DNA of 64,000 bases, taken from positions 18,683 to 82,682 of the forward strand of contig JAVZGN010000003.1 of the NCBI GenBank assembly GCA_038872135.1, written 5' to 3'. The notes beneath the pieces were generated by a model. It was not told where the DNA came from. It worked only from the letters and a program-made list of their open reading frames with translations, and ran no database searches. This stretch comes from Candidatus Hadarchaeales archaeon. Lineage in GTDB: Archaea; Hadarchaeota; Hadarchaeia; Hadarchaeales; Hadarchaeaceae. Position numbers and translations under genes: made by a program. Positions 35,897 through 48,527 of this stretch are shown piece after piece (positions within the stretch are counted from its first letter, which is position 1; each line of letters starts with the position of its first letter).

Positions 35897-37750
35897 TCAT
35901 TCACCTAGCAACTCTGGGATCTGGAGTTCAATTAATTTTTCTTTTTTCGGCACCCCATTCTCACCCCATCCTCTTACTTGGTAATAGTCATCCAGCATTT
36001 TTCCGAGATTTTCTCTTCCGATGTTTTTTCCTGGCAACTCGGGCGTAGATTCTTCCAACAGCCTTGGAGGAAGCGTATCATCTTTCCTAGAGATTCCATC
36101 TCTCACGGCTATCAACCTCTCAACATTGTATATCCTTTCCCCAGTCCTTACAAGCTCTTGAGCGCTGAAATTCCATCCCGTCACGAGGGCCAGAATTCTC
36201 CGCATTTCTTCTACCCCTATGCATCTGGTAGCGAAGACGCATACTCCCATGGAATCCACAACAGCTCTGACATTCTGAAGTTCTGCCACCAGCTGTCCCT
36301 TCCCCTCCGTGGAAAATCTATCATATTTTGGTGTTAGAATTTCAACTCCAATCGTCCAAGCTTTCAGATGACATCCTCCTCTGCAGGAAGTGGCATATGC
36401 CAGAGCCATTCCCCAGGCGCCTCTCGGGTCGTATGCAGGGATTTCCAGCCCTTTCACGTGTATTGCAAATCTCTCAGCGCCTCTTCCGATCTTTTCTGCT
36501 GCTCTCTTTACTCCCTCCGCGAGCAGATCTCCCACCCCATCTCTTCGGGCTATTTTCTCAATCATCGGCACTAGCGCTTCATGATTTCCAAATTTCAGAT
36601 CCAGCCCCACTTCCTCTTTTTTCAAAAGTCCTCTTTCAAAGCACTCCATTGCAAACCCAATGACATTTCCGGTGGAAATAGTATCCAATCCATAAACATC
36701 GCACCAGAAGTTGGCGGCGGCAATTGCGTCGAGCCTCCCAACCCCGCACTGCGCCCCAAAGCTCCAAATCGTCTCATATTCTGGCCCATCGATCGTAATT
36801 CCTTTATATGGGCCATTGTCAATTGTGCTATATTTTCCACTTGCGATTGAGCATGCATAACATGCGGTATCCCTTTTGACTATCGTTTCCCTCATCTTCT
36901 CCGCCCTTAGCTCATCTGCAAATTCAAATGCCCCCCGCTGAAAATTCTTGGTGGGCCACATCTTTGCTTCATTTATAGGTCCGACAAACTGCGGGGTTCC
37001 CCATCTCGAGAAATTTTTCACCAGCTCATTTGTCTGGATATTCCTCGTGAGCTCTTTCGCGAATTCCACCAACCCTTCTTCATCTGCAACTTCTATCTTT
37101 CCATGTCCCCTCACAGCAACTGCCTTGAGATTTTTTGAACCCATTACTGCTCCAATTCCTCCTCTCCCAAGAGATCCTCCCCTTCCGCCGTGAGCCACAT
37201 CCACTTGGATTGATGCAAACCTTACGAGGTTTTCCCCTGCAGGACCGATGCTGGCGATAGATGTCTTTTTATCCCCGAGTTCTCTCCTTATCTCCCTTTC
37301 AGCTTCATCAACATTTTTTCCCCAAATGCCGCTCGCATCCTCGATCTTCACCTCTCCGTCGGCAACAAAAATCCAAGCGGGGTTTTTCGCCCGGCCGGTA
37401 ATGATAATCCCATCAAAACCTGCAAACTTTAGCTCCGATCCAAAGAAGCTTCCGGCCGACGAGCAGAGGTATGTACCTGTTAACGGTGATTTCGTCACGG
37501 CTTCCCACCTCGCACACCCCGAGAGTGGCGTTCCAGTCGCAGGCCCGGTAAGAAATATCAGCGGATTTGAGGGCGAAAATGGATCGATGCGCGCGCCGGT
37601 TTTCATGTAAAGGATCGCCGCCCCGAGACCTCTCCCTCCAAGAAATGCCCGTGCAAGTTTTTCTGGAGTCTTTCTCTCCAATACCTCTCTATCAGAGAGA
37701 TCTACCTCGAGAATTTTTCCCGCATAGCCAAACATGCTATCACCCATCAC
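35897..37750 (-). CDS. aor: Tungsten-dependent aldehyde:ferredoxin oxidoreductase family
   Basis: KSPLTG, GRGGIGAVMGSKNLKA, CYACSIA, GLDTIS, HVKGLE, AYDPR, RGGCH and DDTLPPR. Confidence 0.92.
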   Translation of the reverse strand: MMGDSMFGYAGKILEVDLSDREVLERKTPEKLARAFLGGRGLGAAILYMKTGARIDPFSPSNPLIFLTGPATGTPLSGCARWEAVTKSPLTGTYLCSSAGSFFGSELKFAGFDGIIITGRAKNPAWIFVADGEVKIEDASGIWGKNVDEAEREIRRELGDKKTSIASIGPAGENLVRFASIQVDVAHGGRGGSLGRGGIGAVMGSKNLKAVAVRGHGKIEVADEEGLVEFAKELTRNIQTNELVKNFSRWGTPQFVGPINEAKMWPTKNFQRGAFEFADELRAEKMRETIVKRDTACYACSIASGKYSTIDNGPYKGITIDGPEYETIWSFGAQCGVGRLDAIAAANFWCDVYGLDTISTGNVIGFAMECFERGLLKKEEVGLDLKFGNHEALVPMIEKIARRDGVGDLLAEGVKRAAEKIGRGAERFAIHVKGLEIPAYDPRGAWGMALAYATSCRGGCHLKAWTIGVEILTPKYDRFSTEGKGQLVAELQNVRAVVDSMGVCVFATRCIGVEEMRRILALVTGWNFSAQELVRTGERIYNVERLIAVRDGISRKDDTLPPRLLEESTPELPGKNIGRENLGKMLDDYYQVRGWGENGVPKKEKLIELQIPELLGE

Positions 37751-37768
37751 CTACATCAAAAATAAAGC

Positions 37769-39469
37769 TTACTTGTGGGCATATATCCCAATTACTTCCG
37801 GGGTGATTTTTTCTATCCTAACAAATCCAAATCTTTCCAGTTGTACAACTGCCCCTGGCTCAAGCCCAGCTATGGCTGGCTCGGCAAGCCCGCGAGAGGA
37901 ACTCCCATCCGGGAAAAGCACCTCCATTGGGAGGGCGGCTTTCGACACCCACTGAAACTTCGGCACGTCGATCACACCAAGTCCAAAGAACTCGCCCTCA
38001 AGGATTTCGCCCTTTTTTGTGAGCCTCACATTCATAAGATCCTTCAGCCTGAAGATATCTCCCTCTTTCAGCCCCTTGAGATCGTCCCATGAAACATGAA
38101 AGACCATTCTACCATCATCGATCTCTAGCGGGATCACCCTCTCCCCCGCCTCCGGATCGCTTGGATGAAGACGTAGCTTCACTTCTTTTATCACTGGAAA
38201 TCCGGAGACGACGAGCTTTCTTGGATTAGCAACAAAGAAGTAGCGCCCGGCTTTTTTGTCCAAGATCTTCCTATTGTAGGAGTAGAGGTTCTCCCAGCTT
38301 ATTGAGGAGTCTACTAGGGTTATCCCTACATCTAAAATCAGTTGCCTTATGGCCTCTGGGGATATTCCCCTTCTCCTCAACGCCGCAATAGTGGCAAGCC
38401 GGATGTCATCGTAGCCGAAAATTTTCCCCTCTTTTATTTCCCTGACTATTTGGGATTTGCTGAGGGGCGCCCCGGGAACATTGAGCCTCCCATATTGAAT
38501 TGCAATCGGATATTCCCAGCCAAAATGTGCGTAGAGAGTGCGTTGTCTTTCCTCATTCACCTCATGCTCTTTCCCGCGCAGGATGTGTGTTATCCCCATT
38601 AAATGGTCGTCAATGGAAACGGAAAAATTGTAAAGGGGCCACACCAAAAATTTTTTGCCCACCCTTGGATGCGGCGTTTTGACCACCCTTAAAGCTGGCC
38701 ATTCTCTAACAGCGGGATTTGGATGGCTCAAATCTGTTTTGATTCTCACCACAGCCTCCCCCTCGTTGTAGTCCCCGGCGATCATCCTCCTCCACCTTTC
38801 AAGGTTTGTTGATGGCGAAAGATCGCGGCAGGGACATGGTTCTCCCCGATCCCTGTGAAATTTGAAATCTTCAGCGGGGCATGTACAAACATATGCCTTC
38901 CCCTCTTTCAGAAGCAGCTCTGCATGGTCATAGTAAATCTGAATCCTATCCGACTGAACATGCTCCTCATCCCAACTCAGTCCCAGCCACCTCAGATCTC
39001 GCTTTATCAGCTCATACATCTCCGGAAGAACATTTTCAGGGTTTGTGTCCTCAAATCTCAGGATGAACTTTCCCCCATACTTCCTCGCGTACTCATGGCT
39101 CAGGATTGCGGCCCGAGTGTTCCCGAGATGAATGGGGCCGTTTGGGTTGGGAGCAAATCTCGTCACGACCATCTTGCCCTTTTCTACCCCGGGGAGCTCT
39201 GGAAGTCCTCTCATCTTTTCTTTTTTAATGAGCTCGACCTTTCCGACCTCCTCCATCCTCCTCTCTTGCTCTTCCGGAGGGAGAGAGTTCACCTCATTGA
39301 CGATTTCGTCGATCATCGCCTTCAGCTCAGAGATTTTGGCTTTCCAGCTTGGGAATTCAGCGATTATCTTTCCCATAACTGCTCCTACATCTGCCATGCC
39401 ACCATGAGCAACCGCATTGGCCAGCGCCCACCTCAGAATCTCCACGCGAATGTCTTCCATTAACTCCAC
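37769..39469 (-). CDS. gltX: Glutamate--tRNA ligase (archaeal type)
   Basis: RFAPNPNGPIHLG, LRFEDTNP, THILRGKEH, LSKS and QLERFGF. Confidence 0.97.
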   Translation of the reverse strand: MELMEDIRVEILRWALANAVAHGGMADVGAVMGKIIAEFPSWKAKISELKAMIDEIVNEVNSLPPEEQERRMEEVGKVELIKKEKMRGLPELPGVEKGKMVVTRFAPNPNGPIHLGNTRAAILSHEYARKYGGKFILRFEDTNPENVLPEMYELIKRDLRWLGLSWDEEHVQSDRIQIYYDHAELLLKEGKAYVCTCPAEDFKFHRDRGEPCPCRDLSPSTNLERWRRMIAGDYNEGEAVVRIKTDLSHPNPAVREWPALRVVKTPHPRVGKKFLVWPLYNFSVSIDDHLMGITHILRGKEHEVNEERQRTLYAHFGWEYPIAIQYGRLNVPGAPLSKSQIVREIKEGKIFGYDDIRLATIAALRRRGISPEAIRQLILDVGITLVDSSISWENLYSYNRKILDKKAGRYFFVANPRKLVVSGFPVIKEVKLRLHPSDPEAGERVIPLEIDDGRMVFHVSWDDLKGLKEGDIFRLKDLMNVRLTKKGEILEGEFFGLGVIDVPKFQWVSKAALPMEVLFPDGSSSRGLAEPAIAGLEPGAVVQLERFGFVRIEKITPEVIGIYAHK

Positions 39470-39731
39470 CCGAGTTCTGAGTTCATTTCCTCCTGGATAA
39501 AAAAGTCTTTTTGAAAGGGTGAGGGATTTCGTGCATGAAGTTGACGCAATTCTTTAAGGCGGAGCCTCGGGTTTTGAGCAATACTTTTGTGACTGCCTTC
39601 AACCTGAAACTCAGGGCATTAAAGCTGTGAAATGCTTGTTTTTGTCATCTGAGCTTTCGATGCCCTGCGCGCATAAGCGTAAGGTTTTTAAGACATACTA
39701 TTATACTAATCCAGAATATTGGTGATGTGAT

Positions 39732-41372
39732 ATGAGCGCTCAGCTTGGTGGTACTCCAGTCCTGATATTGCCGGAAAATGTACAGAGATACATTGGAAGA
39801 GATGCCCAGAGAATGAACATCATGGCAGCGAGGGTCATCGCCGAAGCCATAAGGACTACCCTCGGGCCGCGGGGCATGGACAAAATGCTTGTGGACAACC
39901 TTGGCGACATCACGATAACGAATGACGGCGTCACGATTCTGGATGAGATGGATGTTGAGCATCCCGCTGCTAAGATGATGGTCGAGATTTCTAAAGCTCA
40001 AGAGGATGAGGTCGGCGACGGGACAACGACGGCGGTGATAATTGCTGGAGAACTACTGAAAAAGGCCGAAGAACTCTTAGATCAGGACATCCATCCAACA
40101 GTTATAACCGCAGGGTACAGGAAGGCTGCAGAACACGCTTTTAAGATTTTGGAAAAGATGGCCACAAAGATTTCTCCCACGGATGAAAAACTGCTGAAGC
40201 AGATAGCGCTAACGGCGATGAGCAGCAAGGGTTCGGAGGCGAGGGGAGAAAAGCTTGCAGAACTTTGCGTGAAAGCCGTGAAGCAAATCGTGGAGGAATC
40301 CAACGGCAGATTCGAGGCCGATGTGGACAACATAAAGATTGAGAAGAAAACCGGAGGTGGCTCAGCAGACTCTCAGCTTGTCCAGGGGATAGTTCTTGAC
40401 AAGGAAGTCGTCCACCCGGGAATGCCGAAGCGGGTTGAAAATGCGAAAATAGCTCTCCTGAACCTAGCACTAGAGGTAAAGGAAACCGAAACGGATGCGA
40501 AAATCAACATAACTTCCCCAGACCAGCTGAAGAGCTTCTTGGAAGAGGAGAGGAGGATGCTCCAAGACATGGTTGAAAAGATAAAAGCTGTCGGAGCTAA
40601 TGTGGTTTTCTGCCAGAAGGGTGTTGACGATATCGCTCAGTACTATCTCGCAAAGGCAAAAATCCTCACAGCCAGAAGGGTGAAAGAATCAGACATGGAT
40701 AAGCTCGCAAAAGCAACGGGAGCAAAAATAGTGACAAATCTCAAGGATCTTGATGAGAAGGATCTCGGAACTGCAGCCCTCGTGGAGGAGAGGAAGATAG
40801 CTGGGGAAGAGATGATATTTGTTGAGGGCTGCAAGGATCCAAAGGCCGTCAGCATCCTCGTCCGCGGAGGAACCGAGCATGTGGTTGATGAGGTTGAGCG
40901 GGCCGTTCACGATAGCATCTGCGTCATTTCTGCTGCCATCGAGGACGGAAAAATTGTGGGCGGAGGTGGGGCGCCAGAGATAGAGGTCGCCAAAGGTCTC
41001 CGGGAATATGCTGACACGATTGGTGGGAGAGAGGCTCTCGCGATCAACGCCTTTGCTGATGCGATAGAATGTGTTCCTAGAACCCTCGCGGAGAATGCAG
41101 GTCTGGACCAGATAGACATTCTAGTTCAGCTTCGGTCGGCTCATGAAAAATCCGGCGGAGAAAACATAGGAATAGATGTGATAAGCGGGAAAGTATTGAA
41201 CACTCTTGAAAAAGGGATTGTTGAACCGCTGCGGGTCAAAATTCAGGCAATCAAGTCTGCAAGCGAAGTGGCTGAGATGATTTTGAGGATAGATGATGTC
41301 ATCGCCGCAATAAAGCTCGAAAAGGAAGAAAAAGAGGAAAAGAAAACACAAAGCCCTGAAATGGAATATTAG
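39732..41372 (+). CDS. ths: Thermosome (group II chaperonin) subunit
   Basis: [24 protein letters not shown] and GGGAPE. Confidence 0.97.
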   Translation: MSAQLGGTPVLILPENVQRYIGRDAQRMNIMAARVIAEAIRTTLGPRGMDKMLVDNLGDITITNDGVTILDEMDVEHPAAKMMVEISKAQEDEVGDGTTTAVIIAGELLKKAEELLDQDIHPTVITAGYRKAAEHAFKILEKMATKISPTDEKLLKQIALTAMSSKGSEARGEKLAELCVKAVKQIVEESNGRFEADVDNIKIEKKTGGGSADSQLVQGIVLDKEVVHPGMPKRVENAKIALLNLALEVKETETDAKINITSPDQLKSFLEEERRMLQDMVEKIKAVGANVVFCQKGVDDIAQYYLAKAKILTARRVKESDMDKLAKATGAKIVTNLKDLDEKDLGTAALVEERKIAGEEMIFVEGCKDPKAVSILVRGGTEHVVDEVERAVHDSICVISAAIEDGKIVGGGGAPEIEVAKGLREYADTIGGREALAINAFADAIECVPRTLAENAGLDQIDILVQLRSAHEKSGGENIGIDVISGKVLNTLEKGIVEPLRVKIQAIKSASEVAEMILRIDDVIAAIKLEKEEKEEKKTQSPEMEY

Positions 41373-41409
41373 TTTCTTTGGGGGTCATTGTATATTTCCT
41401 CCTAAAAAA

Positions 41410-41604
41410 TTGACAAAATATGAAAAGGCTAGAATCATTGGCGCGCGTGCTCTTCAGATATCGATGGGAGCGCCTGTGTTGATAGATCTGCCCGATGGAT
41501 TGACGGATTCGATAAAGATCGCTCTTTATGAGCTGGAGAAAAATGCCATCCCGATTACTGTCGTCAGAAAATTACCTGGCGAGCGTGCGGGAGAAGCTGC
41601 TTAG
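41410..41604 (+). CDS. rpoK: DNA-directed RNA polymerase subunit K (Rpo6)
   Basis: [21 protein letters not shown]...IALYEL...IPITV. Confidence 0.95.
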   Translation: MTKYEKARIIGARALQISMGAPVLIDLPDGLTDSIKIALYELEKNAIPITVVRKLPGERAGEAA

Positions 41605-41674
41605 TGCTCCCATTTATTTGCGGGTTAAATCGGTGCATTTAATTTGAGACGCGAGAATAATTTCTTGGTGAACT

Positions 41675-42703
41675 GTGGGAGTCCAGCTGGGAGATATTGT
41701 CTCCCGCGAAAAAATTGAACTCGAGCAGCTGAGGGGGCAGGTCGTATCAGTAGACGCAATGAATTTTCTATACCAGTTCCTCTCCATCATCAGGCAGAAG
41801 GATGGAGAACTTTTGAAGGACACCAGGGGCAGGATAACCTCCCATCTCTCGGGCCTTTTCTATAGGACTGCAAATTTCATTGAAGCTGGAATTCGCCCGA
41901 TCTACGTTTTTGACGGGACCCCCCCGATGTTTAAGAGAAAGACAATCGAGCAGAGAAAAATGATAAGGGAAGAAGCCGCGAGGGAGTGGAAAAAAGCTCT
42001 GGAAGAGGGGAGGATAGAGGATGCGAGAAAATTCGCGCAGAGGGCGGGAAGAGTAGACGAGGAGATGGTTAACCAATCTAAAGAGCTTCTTTCGCTGATG
42101 GGGGTTCCGTGGATTCAGGCACCCGGAGAAGGGGAAGCCCAGGCCGCCCACCTTGTAAAAAAGGGAGATGCGGGAGGGGTTTCAAGCCAGGATTTCGACA
42201 GCCTTCTGTTTGGGGCGCCGGTTCTCATAAGAAATCTCGCAATAACCGGAAGAAGAAAGCTGCCAAGAAAGGACGCCTACATTGAAATCACCCCGGAAAT
42301 CATCAGGCTTGAAGATGTCCTGAAATCTTTGGAGATCACCAGGGAGCAGCTTATCGACATAGGGATTCTCATCGGGACGGATTACAACGAAGGGGTGAAG
42401 GGAATTGGACCAAAAAAAGCTCTCGAACTTGTGAAGAAGGAGGGAAGCCTAGAAAAAATTCTAAAAACAGAGATTGGGGAAAAGTTTGAGGTTGATCCCC
42501 TTGAGATAAAATCCCTCTTCCTCAATCCCCCAGTCACCGAAGAATACAAAATTGAGTGGGGCGAACCCGACCAGGAGGGAATAAAAAGATTCCTTTGCGA
42601 CGAGCATGATTTTTCAGAAGAGAGAGTTCAGACGGGGATAGAAAAGCTGATAAAGGGGAGACAAAAACTGCATCAGCAATCGTTGGAAAGGTGGCTAGTC
42701 TGA
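41675..42703 (+). CDS. fen: Flap endonuclease 1
   Basis: DAMNFLYQFL, VFDG, EGEAQAA, SQDFDSLLFG, GTDYN; PIP box QQSLERW. Confidence 0.97.
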   Translation: MGVQLGDIVSREKIELEQLRGQVVSVDAMNFLYQFLSIIRQKDGELLKDTRGRITSHLSGLFYRTANFIEAGIRPIYVFDGTPPMFKRKTIEQRKMIREEAAREWKKALEEGRIEDARKFAQRAGRVDEEMVNQSKELLSLMGVPWIQAPGEGEAQAAHLVKKGDAGGVSSQDFDSLLFGAPVLIRNLAITGRRKLPRKDAYIEITPEIIRLEDVLKSLEITREQLIDIGILIGTDYNEGVKGIGPKKALELVKKEGSLEKILKTEIGEKFEVDPLEIKSLFLNPPVTEEYKIEWGEPDQEGIKRFLCDEHDFSEERVQTGIEKLIKGRQKLHQQSLERWLV

Positions 42704-43345
42704 TTCCTTCCACCCGTGGGCTCCTATCACGGGCACAAATGAGCACCCTCCATGCTCTGTGATTTTTGTTCCAGTTTCGGTCTTTTCCACCACCGCCCAA
42801 GTTTGAAAGAGATGATGCTGGCCTAGGGGGAGGCCAATTTTTCCACCGACCTTTAGTTGGTCTATAAGAGGTGGAGGGATTTTTGGGGAACACGCCGTGA
42901 CGAGGATTCTGTCCCATGGAGCCTCTTCTGGATATCCGAGCGTTCCGTCACCGACCACAACCTTCACATGAGAATATCCTGCGTCTCTCAGATTTTTTCG
43001 ACCAAAAGCCGCGAGTTCTGGGATTCTCTCTACTGTCACGACTTTTCCACTGTTTCCCACAATTTCTGCCAGAAGCGCGGCGTTGTATCCAGAGCCCGCG
43101 CCTATTTCCAGCACCTTCTGCCCGCTCTTCAAATCCAATGTTTCCAGCATTATCGCGATCATGCTTGGTGCAGAAATGGTCTGCCCAAATCCTATCGGGA
43201 GGGGGTGGTCCTCATAGGCTTGTGAGATATATCTTTCGGGGAGAAATTTTTCCCGTGGGACTGTTAGAAAAGCCCGAATGATCTCCGGGGTTCTGAGGTA
43301 GCCCCATTGAACTAGGCTCCTCACGAGCATTTCTCTGTCCATCAC
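42695..43345 (-). CDS. pcm: Protein-L-isoaspartate O-methyltransferase
   Basis: VPREKF, GQTISAPSM, LEIGAGSGYNAA, GDGTLG and FVP. Confidence 0.95.
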   Translation of the reverse strand: MMDREMLVRSLVQWGYLRTPEIIRAFLTVPREKFLPERYISQAYEDHPLPIGFGQTISAPSMIAIMLETLDLKSGQKVLEIGAGSGYNAALLAEIVGNSGKVVTVERIPELAAFGRKNLRDAGYSHVKVVVGDGTLGYPEEAPWDRILVTACSPKIPPPLIDQLKVGGKIGLPLGQHHLFQTWAVVEKTETGTKITEHGGCSFVPVIGAHGWKESD

Positions 43346-43379
43346 AATAATTTTGAGTCGTCCAAATGTAAATAATTTG

Positions 43380-43793
43380 ATGAAGTGGAAAATAGAGGCG
43401 AGAGGTCATCCAAGGATCACGGCAACTCATCCCACCACATTTATGTTTACTAAGGAAAAAGAGATTTTTGGAAGGGGGAATTGTATAGTTGGTGTTGAGG
43501 CTAGTGCCTCGGCGGCGGAACTGCCAAAAAAACTCAAGCAGTTGCTCCAGCAGGGTAGAAAAATAAACATCATTTTATCTACAGGAAGCTTCTCGGAAAA
43601 AGTTGTTGCAGAGGGCGCAACGACTCTCACTTTCACAAACACCCTAGACGTTGTGGTCAGGAAAAGCGATTATGTGTGCGGTCGGACTGTTGCTATTAAG
43701 GCAAATAAAGCGGCGGCAGATTTTTCCAGAGATTTTGTCGAATATTTGCGAAATCCATCAGTGCGGGTGAGAATGGAAATAGAGGCGATTTAG
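43380..43793 (+). CDS. DUF371 protein
   Basis: ARGHPRITATHPTT, GNCIVGV, VVRKSDY and KANKAAAD. Confidence 0.88.
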   Translation: MKWKIEARGHPRITATHPTTFMFTKEKEIFGRGNCIVGVEASASAAELPKKLKQLLQQGRKINIILSTGSFSEKVVAEGATTLTFTNTLDVVVRKSDYVCGRTVAIKANKAAADFSRDFVEYLRNPSVRVRMEIEAI

Positions 43794-43795
43794 CT

Positions 43796-44245
43796 TCACC
43801 ATCTTGAGATAAGCAGAATGCACGAGATGAAAAATAGAGTGGTTTCGAGCGCAAATATTTTCCTGTTGGTCACATATGTCCAAAAATCATAGGTGAAAAT
43901 CCCTGGCCCATAAAACTTCCTGCTAATGGGGTAGAAGAGCATCCTCCCTTTTTCATCCAGAGCGTCCAGAAATATGTGCGTAAAGCCGCCAATCATGAAT
44001 GAAACAGCAGCCATCGCCCCAAAGACCGGAAAGATCGCCAGGCCAGTAACGAGGAAGAAAAACAGTGTGTGAAGGATTGTGGCTGCATGAGTTTCCTCAA
44101 TGGGATTTTCCGGTGGAACCTTCCTCAGCAGGATCGGGAGGGCATCGAGGCTGGAAATGTTTGCCCCAATCAAAAGCGCTAGGAGATTGAATTGTGGAAA
44201 TATCCCGTAGATTATGAGTGGTACCGTCACATGAGCCAAAATCAT
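43796..44245 (-). CDS. Membrane metal-dependent hydrolase (YdjM-like)
   Basis: N-terminal H, LD, H...LHT and THIFLD...G..LFYP pattern with TM helices. Confidence 0.7.
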   Translation of the reverse strand: MILAHVTVPLIIYGIFPQFNLLALLIGANISSLDALPILLRKVPPENPIEETHAATILHTLFFFLVTGLAIFPVFGAMAAVSFMIGGFTHIFLDALDEKGRMLFYPISRKFYGPGIFTYDFWTYVTNRKIFALETTLFFISCILLISRW

Positions 44246-44436
44246 TCTTTCATCTCCCTCCTCAGCTTCGCCAGAACCAGCCACAGATAGGGGAGAAATG
44301 GCCCGATTAATAAAAGGGTGTATATCCCGAGTTCCTTAATCACCAATACTAGGAGAACAAGTCCCATCGTCACCCATGCTGCAATGTAGTGACGGTTCTT
44401 CTTTCCCCATTTCTTTACATCTACCCGAACTGTCAT
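44242..44436 (-). CDS. Small two-TM membrane protein
   Basis: 64-aa hydrophobic ORF with 4-nt overlap to the downstream gene. Confidence 0.6.
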   Translation of the reverse strand: MTVRVDVKKWGKKNRHYIAAWVTMGLVLLVLVIKELGIYTLLLIGPFLPYLWLVLAKLRREMKE

Positions 44437-44550
44437 CCGTGAAATCTTTACAGCCCATGTTTAAAGGGTATGTTAATCTTCTTACGCGAATGTTGGGATG
44501 AAGGATATAGAAGGATTTTTATCTCCCAGATGAGGGTTATTATGGAGATT

Positions 44551-44814
44551 ATGGAAGCGCAACCTGAGAAGAAGCTTGTGGGAAAGGTGACACACTACTT
44601 CACGAAAATAGGTGTTGGGGTGATAGAGCTTTCAGACAAACTGAAAATTGGAGACAGGATTTCGATAGAGGGCAGGACAAGCAATTTCCAGCAGACGGTT
44701 GAGTCGATGCAGATAGAGCATAAGAATGTTCAAGAGGCTGGCCCCGGACAAGCGATTGGACTGAAGCTCATCAACAGAGCTAGAGAAGGAGACTTGGTCT
44801 TCAAGATTGGCTGA
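44551..44814 (+). CDS. Translation elongation factor-like small beta-barrel protein
   Basis: VGKVTHYFTKIGVG...LKIGDRI...SMQIEHK...GLK; ATG at 44551 after GGAG. Confidence 0.82.
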   Translation: MEAQPEKKLVGKVTHYFTKIGVGVIELSDKLKIGDRISIEGRTSNFQQTVESMQIEHKNVQEAGPGQAIGLKLINRAREGDLVFKIG

Positions 44815-45610
44815 GCTCCCCAAAAAGCTTCTCGTGAATCCGCTCGGCGAGTTCGGAGAAAGCTCTTGCCGCAGATGATTTTGGAGCATACTTGACCACG
44901 GGAGTTCCCGCCGTCAAACTTTCTCTGACTTTATCGTCTTCTGGAACTGTTGAAAGAATCGGCCAGCCGAGAGATTTCTTCACCTCGGAAATCGGTACCT
45001 CGTACTTCTTCCCGCTCACCTTGTTTAGAACTGCCCCGAGAACCGGCACTCTATATCTCTCAGCCGCCCGAAAAGCGCGGAGGGTGCTGGCAATAGTCGG
45101 GATTTCTGGATTAGTCACGATAAGCATCATGTTGCTGGCCTTTATGGCGGAAATTGCTTCCGTCCCAAGGCCCGGGGCCGAATCTATGATGATCAGCCGA
45201 TATTTGGATCTCAGGGGCTCTATGCTTTCCTTGAAATCTATCAGCGGGATATCCCCCTCATATCCAAGTGAGCCGGGTATCACATGGATTTTTTCAACAA
45301 CATGGATTGCCTTTTCAACTGGAACTGCTCCAACGAGAACATCATGGATTGTCGGCTCCGGGTCCACGAGGCCTAGGTGAAGCCCGAGATTGGGGGCCGA
45401 GAGATTTGCCTCAACGACCAAGACTCCTTCACCCAGTTTATCCGCCAGCAGCGACCCGATATTGGCCACGGTCGTTGTTTTCCCAACTCCCCCCTTGCAA
45501 GAAAACACTCCCAAGACACGTGCAATTCTCGGTTTGATGGTGGGCCTTCTTCCACGCTCAAACCCGCGGACGATCTTTCCAAGCGAGTGGGGGGTCGGCG
45601 TACCGCTCAC
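44801..45610 (-). CDS. MinD/ParA-family ATPase
   Basis: Deviant Walker A KGGVGKTT, IIIDSAPG, VLNK and VPEDDKVRES. Confidence 0.9.
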   Translation of the reverse strand: MSGTPTPHSLGKIVRGFERGRRPTIKPRIARVLGVFSCKGGVGKTTTVANIGSLLADKLGEGVLVVEANLSAPNLGLHLGLVDPEPTIHDVLVGAVPVEKAIHVVEKIHVIPGSLGYEGDIPLIDFKESIEPLRSKYRLIIIDSAPGLGTEAISAIKASNMMLIVTNPEIPTIASTLRAFRAAERYRVPVLGAVLNKVSGKKYEVPISEVKKSLGWPILSTVPEDDKVRESLTAGTPVVKYAPKSSAARAFSELAERIHEKLFGELSQS

Positions 45611-45906
45611 TGAACCACATTACTCGATTTTTTTTGATTCAGCAACAGTTCTCCCTGCTCAGTTATACAGTAGACTGAAACAAGTCCTTCGTTTTTCTTT
45701 TCCACTGCCCCGCTATCTAAAAATTCATTCAGGGCCTTCCTCACTTTTTCACTGGGCGGGGAAAAACCGTGAACATGAAGAATTTCTTGAGCAATCTGAA
45801 ATTCACTCAGCGGTCCTCTTGTTCTAAGTATCCACAAAACAATTTTGTCCAGCTCCTTCCTCTTTTCTTCGACGACTTGAAGATTAAGTTCTCTGAATGG
45901 TTCCAT
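45607..45906 (-). CDS. Winged-helix DNA-binding protein (PadR-like)
   Basis: ILRTRGPLSEFQIA...VRKALNEF..SGAV...YCITEQG wing motif. Confidence 0.7.
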   Translation of the reverse strand: MEPFRELNLQVVEEKRKELDKIVLWILRTRGPLSEFQIAQEILHVHGFSPPSEKVRKALNEFLDSGAVEKKNEGLVSVYCITEQGELLLNQKKSSNVVQ

Positions 45907-45908
45907 TG

Positions 45909-46613
45909 TCAGCTCCTCTCCTTCTTTTGTTTCATGCGATATAACTCCTCTGTTCTTTTCTTTAAATGCGCTATCGTCAACGAGACTTCTTTTTTCGGTG
46001 GCGGTTCTTCAGCCCCCTTCACCGTCTTTTTCAACCTTCTCAGCGAGACAAAGAGCTTTTTCGGCCTGACCAGGAACCAGTATATTGCCCCAACTACCAG
46101 AATTCCTACGATCAAAATGGCAAAATGGATTTCCCCTCTGCTCTCTTCTTCTGGAAGGCCCACGATGGCGAAAATGGAGAAGCCGAATAGATCCGAGGTG
46201 TAGTAGATATACCTCTCAGCGATATTTTCAAGAGTTATCGGAATTTCAATCCAGTTCTCGGCAAACTTTAGCAACTTTACCCCATTCTCGCGAATGTTGT
46301 GAAGTGCCAGCCACTCCCTATCGACCCTGAACTCAACTTTTGCGCGAGAAATATTCTCTTTCACGTCAATTTCAAAATACTCAAATACCAGATGGGGCGG
46401 TGAGGGGATTGCCCCCGGCTTTTCCCTTCCATAAGAGATGTAGTTGTTAAAAACATTTTCCACAGGTCTGTCGAACCAAATTGTCGTCACGGTGTGGCCG
46501 ATGAAATCATGAGGATAAAGATTTTCTGTTGCAGTGACCTGTCCGGGGGAGAGAGCCAGGGCATAGCACAGGAACACTGTTATGCAGAGCCGCCAAGCAG
46601 TTTTTGGCATCAA
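45909..46613 (-). CDS. Secreted/membrane-anchored PGF-pre-PGF-domain protein
   Basis: Signal peptide; YFEI..AKVEFRVDREWL..YYTSDLFGFSIFAI; C-terminal TM plus basic tail. Confidence 0.75.
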   Translation of the reverse strand: MMPKTAWRLCITVFLCYALALSPGQVTATENLYPHDFIGHTVTTIWFDRPVENVFNNYISYGREKPGAIPSPPHLVFEYFEIDVKENISRAKVEFRVDREWLALHNIRENGVKLLKFAENWIEIPITLENIAERYIYYTSDLFGFSIFAIVGLPEEESRGEIHFAILIVGILVVGAIYWFLVRPKKLFVSLRRLKKTVKGAEEPPPKKEVSLTIAHLKKRTEELYRMKQKKERS

Positions 46614-46699
46614 TAAACCCTTCCACCCTCGATTTATATTGCCCTATCCCTTTCGAAATTTTTTGAAACACTTAAATCTCCTTACTCCTAATCATCTCC

Positions 46700-48518
<1,819 letters not shown>

Positions 48519-48527
48519 TCGGGCACC

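Noticed and set aside
39535-39630. 31-aa ORF between gltX and the thermosome gene
   Set aside because: It lies in a divergent promoter region with no motif; more likely chance.
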